A stretch of DNA of 64,000 nt, taken from assembly GCF_002113885.1 (NCBI RefSeq), contig NW_018404538.1:185306-249305 (forward strand), in the 5' to 3' direction. This document shows positions 42,996 through 52,963 of this stretch, one piece after another. Every line of letters starts with the position of its first letter. Position 1 is the first letter of the stretch. Made by a program: the position numbers and the translations under genes. The notes under the pieces are model-generated. The model was not told where the DNA came from, did not search any database, and saw nothing but the letters and a program-made list of their open reading frames with translations. This stretch comes from Mizuhopecten yessoensis (Eukaryota).

Positions 42996-45215
42996 TCAAC
43001 TCAAAACTTGGAAGTACCCTTGATGGGTTAATATGAAGTAGGCAGCATATGGGTGCCTCAGTAGTTTTGCAATGCGCCGGGTTTGAAAGAGGGAGATATT
43101 AATGGTGTTGTTAGGGTAGATTACTTGTTTAGTGTGATTATTTATTATAGAAAACTGATCCCACTCAATATGAAGAGACCTTAAGACTCGACCTCTGAGT
43201 GTCGAGTTGTACACATGGTCAGTGATGGTAGGCAGGGTTGTTAAGTCAGGTAGTGCACTATAATGAAAACTGGGTACATCTGGTGGGATGGTTAGTGCAG
43301 AAGATTTTTGTGCTAATAATAAAGTAGCTGAAAGGCGACGAAATTTTCTTAATATCCAAATAAATAATGCAATTGCTAACCATGCCGAAGCTGTGGCAAG
43401 TAAAGCTATAATTCCGCTAGTGTCTGGCCAATTGCTGGAGGTAAATGCTAGCTGACCATCTATAATAGATTCTGATAATGTTTGAAATACTTTTTCGCCT
43501 TGTTTTGTTTTCTTAGCTATACGTTCAAGACTGAGATGGTACTGGTTGTCATTTGCCAAAGTTTGAGAAAAAGAGTGATTATAAATGTCGATATTTGGAA
43601 TTTTAATTTGAATTGATTTTCCATAATTAGTGTCTCCAAATATGGAGGCGTGATTTTCAGGGTTGAAAAAATGTTGAATCAATGCCAAATTGACAGGATG
43701 TAGTATGGTGATCTCTCCGGTGTCATTTTGACCTGGACCAAGTCTGGGTGGGAGATACAAATTATCTGAAGTGACCGAACATCTTGATGGTACACGTATT
43801 ACACAAAAATTACAACCTTTCATCATTTTCTGTCCAGACCGGCAGTCTAATGCTAACATTTTGGTGCGATACATCATTAAGGTTGAAGGTGAAAGTTCAA
43901 TAATGCTAGTTTTAAGTGTGTTTGGTACAAAACGGAAATCGCAAAAAGATTTCACTTGAGACTTTTGATTATAAAAAATTGAAGAATAACATGAACCAGA
44001 TGCTACAGAATTTAAAGCTACATGAAAAGGACAATACATAATGTCTTGTCCTGTACACTGACTCAGTTGGGTATGTGAAAGAACTGAAAAATGCTGATTA
44101 TCACTGGTATGTACAAAATAATCTGGAGTGTCTAATAATTGGGTGGCATGAGTTGATGTGGTGTTAATTGGCACTGGATAAGAGTAAACTTTGTATAGTG
44201 ATAAAGGTTGAACAAAAGATGATATAGGAATCTTCAACAAGATGTACAAATTAGAACTGTGTCTAGCATATAAAAAATTAGCAAATGAGTAATAATGTAT
44301 TGGATCAAAATGGATAATGTTTGTACCTGGATATCTTGTAGATAATATGTTCTGGACTTGTTTGAGTGTAGATATAATAGTCTGAGGTGACAAAATAAAG
44401 GGGGACAACTTGCCTTTAGCAAAATCATGAATTGCTAGCTGTACATGTTCTAAATGTTTTTCTAAAACTGCACTAGAGTTGATTTGTTTTAACATCCTAT
44501 TTTCTAGCAATATATACTCATGTTGCATTCCATCCATAGCACTAGAAAATTGTTGGGCTAAAGTAACAGATTCGTCATGATTGTCACGTACTGCCTTGAT
44601 AACATTGTCAAATCGTTCATTGACAGTAGATACAAATGATGTTAACTGATGGGCTTCCTGAGTCATGGCTTTGGCAAGTTTAATATTGTCATTGTTCATT
44701 GCTTGCATATGTTGTTTTAAGTTGTCAACATCACTTGATGTTGCTGTACCAAACAATGATTTAGAGACATCACCGATGAAGTCCATCAAACCTCGCTTGG
44801 ATCTTCTTGAACCAAATTTTAATGTATTTGGAAAGTAAGAATGAGGGATCAGGCGATGGATTTTTGTGACTGTGGAGTTTATACTAGCCATACATTGCAT
44901 TCTTAAAGCATTCAATGTTTTCAACACAACGTTTGCAGGTTCACATTGTTGACGTCTACACTGAAGACTTCCTGGGAGGTGTATTTTAGCTGGGAGTGTT
45001 ATTTCAAAGGTGTGGGACCAATATTCTTGGCCAAGATGTAATTTTGCAGTTGGATCAAACAAAATTCCATAGTTCAGTCTTTGAACTAGTGAAGGTTCAT
45101 TATCGCAGGCCGCAAAGGGGAGAATCAGAAGGGTCATCACAGCAAGGAAGCTCCACACAGGAGGAAGTCCAAAGATACCTAATAAGAAGCAGACAGATAG
45201 AATAAGATTTAGCAT
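42996..45215 (-). CDS. env: Envelope glycoprotein, class I fusion protein of baculovirus-F/errantivirus type
   Basis: Open ORF (first ATG 45215, 739 aa). Hydrophobic signal, furin site RRSKR, fusion peptide GLMDFIGDVSKSLFGTAT, heptad region, Cys-rich domain, TM GIIALLATASAWLAIALFIWIL, N-glycosylation sequons. Confidence 0.88.
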   Translation of the reverse strand: MLNLILSVCFLLGIFGLPPVWSFLAVMTLLILPFAACDNEPSLVQRLNYGILFDPTAKLHLGQEYWSHTFEITLPAKIHLPGSLQCRRQQCEPANVVLKTLNALRMQCMASINSTVTKIHRLIPHSYFPNTLKFGSRRSKRGLMDFIGDVSKSLFGTATSSDVDNLKQHMQAMNNDNIKLAKAMTQEAHQLTSFVSTVNERFDNVIKAVRDNHDESVTLAQQFSSAMDGMQHEYILLENRMLKQINSSAVLEKHLEHVQLAIHDFAKGKLSPFILSPQTIISTLKQVQNILSTRYPGTNIIHFDPIHYYSFANFLYARHSSNLYILLKIPISSFVQPLSLYKVYSYPVPINTTSTHATQLLDTPDYFVHTSDNQHFSVLSHTQLSQCTGQDIMYCPFHVALNSVASGSCYSSIFYNQKSQVKSFCDFRFVPNTLKTSIIELSPSTLMMYRTKMLALDCRSGQKMMKGCNFCVIRVPSRCSVTSDNLYLPPRLGPGQNDTGEITILHPVNLALIQHFFNPENHASIFGDTNYGKSIQIKIPNIDIYNHSFSQTLANDNQYHLSLERIAKKTKQGEKVFQTLSESIIDGQLAFTSSNWPDTSGIIALLATASAWLAIALFIWILRKFRRLSATLLLAQKSSALTIPPDVPSFHYSALPDLTTLPTITDHVYNSTLRGRVLRSLHIEWDQFSIINNHTKQVIYPNNTINISLFQTRRIAKLLRHPYAAYFILTHQGYFQVLS

Positions 45216-45388
45216 TTTGTATGCCGTTATGAGATGTTGCAATCACCTCAAAGCACTAAATAAACAGAATTACATCTTTTTAAATCTTAGCATTCAATGC
45301 ATTTAGAGAGAAAAAGTAGAAAGGAAGAAATAGAGAAAAAAAAATACCAGTAAAAGATACCAATGAGTTTACCTTCCCTGTGAATGTT

Positions 45389-48300
45389 TTATTGCCGTGA
45401 GAAAAATGTCAGTTTTGATTGCTTACCCTTTTTACGAGCTTTCCCTGTTTGCGTTTTTGTGATATGAAATTCGCGAACCATCGCTGGAGGTAGGTTTTCT
45501 ACAGGCTCCCAGGTTCGGACAGAATGACCAAGCCATTTCACACGAAATTCTTTGACTCCATTGCGAAACTTATACTTGATAAGTTTTTCAATTGGATAAG
45601 ACTGCTGGTCATCCTGAGAAGGGGAAGGGTTGTTTGGAGTTGATTTGATTGGTTGGGTAGGGATGGATTGGTCTGAATTATCAGCGTTTGGGGTGGGTTG
45701 CTTGGACTGTGCTGAACTATCAGCACATGGGGTGGGTTGGTTGGACTGTGCTGAATTATCAGCGATTGGGGATGGTTGGGTTTGGGTCTTTTGGTTGCGG
45801 TTGGTTGGTCCGGCTGGTCTCTTTTGAAATTGAACTTGCTGATTACCTGGGACATTAGCAATGTTGGGTGGACATGTTGGTGGATTTAAATTAGGCCTGT
45901 TGTCTGGGTTTGTATACAGTTTCAATCGATTTGCATGTATAAGAGATTTGATCTCCTTATGCGTATTGCATCGTCGAAGCTTGTAGGTATGGTTTGAACC
46001 TATATCGACAATGTAATATGGTCCGTCCCAAGGATGGTGTAGTTTTGGTGACAAGCCTTGGGGTATTTTAGGTGAGTGAAGCATAACCAAGTCATGGATG
46101 TGGAATTCGGGAACTGACGCCTTTTTGTCATAATGTTGTTTTTGTTTGGCTCTGGCCTCAGTTATGTTTTTATTTGCAGTCTGTCGTACATATTTGAGGT
46201 GGTCTATGAGCTGGTTGACATGTGTTTTAGCATCTTTGCTTAAACCATCTTTTGGGATTAAGGCAGTGTCGAAGGGTAAATTCATTTCTTTGCCAAACAT
46301 TATGTGATAAGGCGATAGGTTGGATGCTTGTGTAGATGGTGACATTCTGAAAGCCATAAGAACACCTGGTAAGAACTGTGGCCAGTTTAGTTGATTTTTA
46401 TCAACGTATGCTCTCAAGCATTGGGCCAGGGTACTGTTCATGCGTTCACATGTGGAGTTGGTTTGTGGATGGTAGGAACTTGTGAAGTGTCTAGTCACTT
46501 GAAAAATTTCACATACAGCGGTTACAAGTTTACTCATGAAATTCTGTCCTCTATCACTGATAATTGTACTTGGGGCACCATATCTGGCAAATATTTCAGA
46601 GTACAAAACCTTGGCAATTTCTTTAGAATCTTGTGTTTTAAGAGGAAATGCTTCTGGCCATTTGTTGAAAGAGTCGACCACCAGAAGAATGTATTTGTAA
46701 CCCTCTTTTGTTGTCGTGATAGGTCCTAAAATGTCCATATGTAGTCGTGAGAATGTGTCACAGATAGGCATTGTTGTTAATGGTGCATGCTTCTTTTTTG
46801 CAGTCTTTTTTATCCGTTGACATGTGTCACATGACCTGATATAGTCTTCAGTAATCCGAAACATTTTAGGCCAATAATACTTCAGTTGTATGGCTTTGTA
46901 TGTCCTATCAAACCCTAAGTGTGCGCCGCCAGCTTGACAGTCATGGTAAGATCTGAGAACATCTTCTCTAAGACACCTAGGGACTGCAAGTTGACGAAGA
47001 GGAGTTTTCTGAGTATCTCTCTTAGGGGCGGGTATGTACAAGTGATATAGGGTATCATCTAGTAGAACATACTGACTGGAAAGAGATAATATTCTGACAG
47101 CTTGTGGCTTTGATGTAGGTAGATCTCCTGTAGCCAAGTAATTGTAGATATCCCTAAAGTCTGGACATTTAGATTGAAGTCTACCCACTGGTTCCGGAGT
47201 AACAGAATCTGAAACTTCTGTTACAGGTGCGCTTGGGGTTTGATTACTGTATATAAATGTGACTTGTTGAAATGAAGACTTTTTTTCGGGACCTACATAA
47301 GAAACTTCTGGATGGGGGTCTACTTCTTCTAATTCATCTTTTGTAGTGGTAGTCTGAACTGGGGGGTATGGTCGTCTGGAAAGGGCATCAGCCACTTCAT
47401 TTGTTTTACCTGCCTTATACAAGATTTCAAAGTCATAGCCTTGTAAGAGTACAGACCACCTGGCTAACCTACCTGTGGACTCTGGCTTTATATCTTTCAT
47501 CCATTTAAGAGCACTATGGTCAGTATATACTTTAAAACATGTTGATGCTAGGTACACATGATATTTTTTTATACCTTCAACAATTGCAAGGCCTTCTCTT
47601 TCGGAAATGGAGTATTTCCGTTCATGTTGGTTAAGGGAACGACCACCATAGGCAATAACACGTTCACGTTTGTTTGTGTCTAACTGACCCAATACATACT
47701 CAATGGCTTCACCTGATGCATCTGTTGTCAAAATGAATGGTTTAGTGTGATCTGGGTATGCTAGTACTGGTGGGGAGGTCAAAGCTTGTTTGAGCTGGTC
47801 AAATGACCCTGTACAGGACTGTGACCATTCAAACTTCACATCCTTTTGGAGTAGTTTGTTTAATGGAGATGCTATCTTGCTATAGTTTCTGACAAACTTC
47901 CTATAGTAATTACAGAGACCTCAGAAAGATCTTACCTGTTTTTGGGTTTTTGGGACAGGATATGAATCAACAGCATCTGTTTTAGATGTATCAACTTGAA
48001 CTCCATCTTTAGAGATCACATGACCTAGGTAATGTACCTTATGTCGAGCAAATGAACACTTGCTTGGTTTGAGTGTTAAGTGTGCCTGCCTTGGCCTATC
48101 GAAGATCTCTTGTAAGTTATTCAAATGAGTCTCGAATGTACGTGAGAAAACTAGAATATCATCAATGTACACAAGACAGGTTTTCCAATTCAAAACATTC
48201 AAAACTTTGCACATATGAGATTGGAAACTTGCCGGGGCATTCACAAGTCCAAACGGCATTCTTTTCCACTGATAGACTCCAGCAGGGGTCACAAATGCTG

Positions 48301-49696
48301 ATTTGTGAGCAGTTTCAGGGTCCATTGGGATTTGCCAGAAACCAGAGGCGAGGTCAAGTGTTGAAAAGTATTGAGCTTTGGATTCTCCAATAGAATCAAA
48401 TACATCTTCGAGACGGGGAAGGGGGAAAGTACATTGTTTGGTGACAGCGTTGAGTTTCCTGTAATCTACAGCAAAACGTAACTGCCCATCTTTCTTTTTC
48501 ACCATTACAACGGGGCTCTGCCACATTGACGTGGATTCTGTTATGATGTCATTTTCTAGCATTTCTTTTATCTGTCTTTCAGTTTCAGCCTTGACCTCAG
48601 GGTTTTGATGATAAAATCGTTGCCTGATGGGAAGTGCATCACTGGTTTCAATTTTATGTTTTTGCTGAGATGTATGACCTAATTCTGAAAGATCAGTGGC
48701 AAAAACATTTCTGTTTTGTTGAAGAAATCCTTGTAGGAGTAGTTTTTGATTTTCTGAAAGATCTGATTTGTCTAGGTCAAAAGAGATGTGATCATGATCA
48801 GATGTTATTGTACCTGAGGACAGTGATGATGAAGGTTTTGTATCAAGGGACGTGTCGAGAGACATGACAGTGTATTTATCAATGATTGATACCAAACCTA
48901 TCACTTTGCCAGGAAAGAGTACAACTTGTTTTTCTGATGGATTCATGACTTGAATAACACATGTTTGGTCTGGTTGGATGATGGAAACACATTTGGCTCC
49001 TACAAGTCCTAATGAAGGTAATTTAGGTAGTGGTTCAAAAAGTATTTGAGATTTTGGTGGTAGGTCTAATACTTTGACTTGTATATTGTTAACTGACAAT
49101 GGGGGTAGAATGTTTCGTGTAGTGTTCCTAGCCAAAGATACTTCTGTGTGGATAGACAGGATTTTGTTTGTATCAAGTTCTTTCAAAAACAAAGTTTTCT
49201 TTTTAATGTCAATGACTGCCTCATGTGTATTTAAAAAGTCTAGGCCTAAAATTAATGGAATATGAAAGTTTTCAAAAACATGAAAGTCAGCAGTGAAAAC
49301 ACAATCTCCAATCGTGACAGGAATGGTTATTTTACCCAGACTGCGATGTGACTCGCCTCCTGCAACCACTGCGGTTACAGCTGAACACTGTTTAATTTGT
49401 GTACATGTGTCTACCTTTAGTTTAGTCAACAAAGATAATGTAACACAGGAGATTGTAGCTCCAGTATCAACCAGCGCTTTTACTGGTGATTCATAAATCT
49501 CTACACTAACAGTGTTTCTATCTACGGGAGTTACAAGATTAACTATCTCTACTGGTTTGTCGGGTGAGTTGGGTTGGAGAGAATGGATGGGTGGCTGGGG
49601 TTTGGAGAATGTAGCGTTAATCTTGGGTCCTGTGATGGGTGGTACTGCACTAGTCTGGTGTTGCCTATCCATGCTGCCAGGGATAGGCGCGTATCC
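45389..49696 (-). CDS. pol: Pol polyprotein (protease, RT, RNase H, integrase, chromodomain), interrupted by one in-frame TGA at 47921-47923
   Basis: VDTGA, YIDD, TTDAS/EREGLA/YTDH, HHCC, LHMDILGP/SDRGQNF/CERMN and GPY motifs. VRSF*GLCNYYRKF has a stop replacing the conserved Leu; the two ORF pieces are in the same frame. Confidence 0.93.
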
Positions 49697-51291
49697 CTAG
49701 TGTCTATGAGGGTATTGTGCAGGGGCAGTAGAAGATTGGTGTTGGTTGGTGTTATTGGAGGGAGGTTGGTTAAATTTCTTTCTGCGGCATGCATCAGAAT
49801 TATGATGCCAAAGTTTACAAAATGAACATTGTGTATTATAAGCAGGACATAAAAAACGCCCTTGGCATGACTTACCACATCCCTGGCATGGCCTTCTGTT
49901 CTGGAATTGCTGTTGCTGTGGTTGGTGTTGGAATAGTTGCTGATGCTGGAATGGTTGCTGAGGCTGATACTGTTGGTGAGGCTGGAATGATGGCTGAGGC
50001 TGAAATGGTTGCTGAGGTTGGTACTGTTGCTGGGACTGGTATGTTGGCTGAGGCTGGAATGATTGCTGGTACTGCTGCTGAGGCTCAAAAGATTGCCGTT
50101 GACGATGTTGAGCAGAAGTTTGTTGCTTTGAGTTGTTGTTGTGGAGTTGTTTCGCCGCAATGACTGACACCTCTTCTTTAACACCCTCTATCTGGCTTAC
50201 AATTTGGGTTTGCAATTTTGAAACCAGTTCGTCGCAAAACTTGGTCATTGAAATCATACTGACACTGTCTGGATCTGTGGTGCATGAGATCTCTTCCTTC
50301 GCTAAGTCGACAGCATGATGAAGGTCCAGAAAGGATTTTGGTTCCTTTCCCAGCACTTTGGAACGGAATTTGGGTTGAATCCATTTAATGCTACCTGGAC
50401 TTTGTAGCTCTCTGCTATGGTGTGTCCTAAAGCCAATTTTTCAGCCCTTTCTAGAAACTTTTCCACACTCTCGTCACTTTCTTGTTTCAATGAAAAAAAC
50501 TTATTGTCTGTCGATTTTTGTCCAAATGGGTTTAAGAATGATTCTTTGAATTTGGTCAGGTCTAATTTTTCATGCTCTGGTATTCCTTGCAGCCAAAGCG
50601 CTGCAGCACCATCCATGTTGAATGACATTGCTGCCAGTGTCCTGTCATTTGTTACATTGTGGAACTTTTGCCAGGCTTGTAGGTTGGCCAGCCATAGCAC
50701 AGGTGAATCTGTTACATTATATTTTTTTAAGTTTATTCCACCGGTCGCCATTTCTGAATGGATATCTTGTAGATTGTCCTGTGGTGGTGGTGGTGGAGGT
50801 AATTCTATATTGTCTTCTATTGTTTGATTATGTATTTGTTGTGTCAGGAGTAACACCTCGTGCTCAAGCTGTCTTATCTGGTCTAAATGTGTTTGCTGTT
50901 GTTCTGGTAGCTGTTCCTGTTGCTGGGGTGGTGGTGGTGGTGTCTGTTCAGGCTGATGTGGTGGTTCCGGTTGTTGTGGTAGTCCTGGTTGTTGTTGTTG
51001 TTCTGGTTGCTGTTGTTGTTCCGGTTGCTGTTGTTGTTCCGGTTGCTGTTCTGGTTGCTGTGGTGGTTCCGGTTGTTGTTCCTGTTGCTGTTCTGGTTGT
51101 TGTTCCGGTTGCTGTTGTTGTTCGGGTTGTTGTTGTTGTTCCAGTTGTTGTTCTGGCTGCTGTTGTTGTTCTGGCTGCTGTTGTTGTTCTGGTTGTTGTT
51201 GTTGTTGTTGTTGTTTAGGTAGGTCCCTAGTTGCTGCACGAGTCTTGGCGGTGTAGTTTATTGGCACTGTCACTTTGTTTTTTCCTGTCAT
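49697..51291 (-). CDS. gag: Gag with Q/P/E-rich N-terminus, capsid-like core and Cys/His knuckles; -1 frame break at ~50370
   Basis: ORF 51291-50302 joins ORF 50356-49697 as ...NGFNP/KFRSKVLGKEPKSF. Contains CQGCGKSC...CPA...CSFCKLWHHNSDAC. Confidence 0.85.
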
Positions 51292-51300
51292 CGAGGATCT

Positions 51301-51316
51301 TGGGGACTCTCCACCA
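51301..51316 (-). promoter_or_regulatory. Primer-binding site, probably tRNA-Ala
   Basis: TGGTGGAGA(GTCCCCA) 3 nt inside the 5' LTR, complementary to the ...UCUCCACCA 3' end of eukaryotic tRNA-Ala. Confidence 0.7.
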
Positions 51317-52352
51317 ATTTATTACAACGCTTTTGTTGTGTTGTTGTGTTGTTGGTACCTGTAAAATTACAATGGAGACAGCCTGATAAATTTGATGTGT
51401 CTTTATTCTGGTCGCAGCTTCAAGTGGTTACATACAGACAATAATACATAGAAATTCTTGTTATTGATATACATTATCAATCATGAATTAAACCACGCAT
51501 TGGATTTAATTTACAATACAATGAACATCTAATGTAGAAACAAATAATAATAGAAACATACATAGGAAATTTTTGTTATTGATATGAAATATAAATCGCG
51601 AATTAAACCACACTTTGGGTTTAATTACAGTACAATAAAAATCCTAATGTAGAAAAATAATAAACAAAAATGGGGAAAATTAGCTAAGTTAAAACTGGGG
51701 AGAATTAACTAAGTAGAGCTACTCTTGCTTGGCAGTGAGGGGTCGATGTCTAATTAGGAATAACTCGAGCAGCAGGGACCCAGCATAAACAATATANNNN
51801 NNNNNNNNNNNNNNNNNNNNNNNNNNNNNNNNNNNNNNNNNNNNNNNNNNNNNNNNNNNNNNNNNNNNNNNNNNNNNNNNNNNNNNNNNNNNNNNNNNNN
51901 NNNNNNNNNNNNNNNNNNNNNNNNNNNNNNNNNNNNNNNNNNNNNNNNNNNNNNNNNNNNNNNNNNNNNNNNNNNNNNNNNNNNNNNNNNNNNNNNNNNN
52001 NNNNNNNNNNNNNNNNNNNNNNNNNNNNNNNNNNNNNNNNNNNNNNNNNNNNNNNNNNNNNNNNNNNNNNNNNNNNNNNNNNNNNNNNNNNNNNNNNNNN
52101 NNNNNNAAAGTTCCATCCTGTTACCAATACCATTAAAGATTTTAACAAGAAAAATAAAAAATAAATAGATTAACTTATTCTTGTGATAAAATATCAATTC
52201 TAATTAATTTCACATATTATTGTTTCAAAAGCACTGGTCGAACGGCACTGTACAGATTCTGGAAATAGGGATCACCGAAACGAGAGCTAAATAAATCACG
52301 TTGTTGTACACCTCCAGTCGAGGTAAATTGGATTATTTTAATCATTACCCAT

Positions 52353-52963
52353 TAGGAGTGAAACGATTCACCGCGATTATGGTGAACCGCGATTACTTGC
52401 TCCCGATTCGATTCTCGATTTTACAACTCTGATATTTCGATTCGATTCTTACAAATTCTGTCCGTGTTTGACTTTACATTTAGACGCACCCCTAGTCCTG
52501 TTAAAACGCAGATTTTGATTGGCCAACACACTTTGCGTAGGCCAATCAAATTGCGCGTTGCTGTTACTGCAAACTACTGCAAACATGGAGTACGAGTTAG
52601 CCGACCCGCCCGCATCATATAAATCTCCCGTGTGGAAACACTTTGGGTTTCCAATCGTCGACGGAAAAACGGAAAAAAATGTCACTATTTGCAAGATATG
52701 TTATTTAAAGATGTCATACAAAGCTGGCTCGACGACAGCAATGAACGCACATCTAAAACGTAAACACAATGTGGACTGTGATAAAGCTGCTTCGGTCAGT
52801 TCGGAGTCTTCCGCTAACAACGATCGTCGGTCTGAACAAAAACCAGAACATGTTGATATGCTCATTTTCCTAGCAAAAAACTTTGTAGTTTAAATGCATA
52901 TGTGTTTACTCTTTATTGCTTTAAGTGAAGTTATCACATTATAGTAATTCCAGTTGAACTTTC
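52353..52963 (+). mobile_element. Internally deleted hAT transposon (ZBED1/Ac-like); right end lost in the gap
   Basis: Starts TAGGAGTGAAACGATT with CGATT subterminal repeats and encodes a BED finger ORF. Confidence 0.7.
52585..52893 (+). CDS. 102-aa BED zinc-finger mini-protein fused to the hAT transposase C-terminal tail
   Basis: KSPVWKHFGF...CKIC...GSTTAMNAHLKRKH is a BED finger. KPEHVDMLIFLAKN is the end of the hATC dimerisation domain. Confidence 0.7.
   Translation: MEYELADPPASYKSPVWKHFGFPIVDGKTEKNVTICKICYLKMSYKAGSTTAMNAHLKRKHNVDCDKAASVSSESSANNDRRSEQKPEHVDMLIFLAKNFVV

Noticed and set aside
47921-47923. TGA in pol as programmed readthrough or selenocysteine
   Set aside because: It replaces the conserved Leu of RSFLG; a point mutation or sequencing error is far more likely.
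49549-51239. Val-, Leu- and Asn-rich ORFs overlapping gag
   Set aside because: Alternative-frame or antisense shadows of the CAA/CAG repeats.
51750-52197. ORFs containing X runs
   Set aside because: Artefacts of the N gap.
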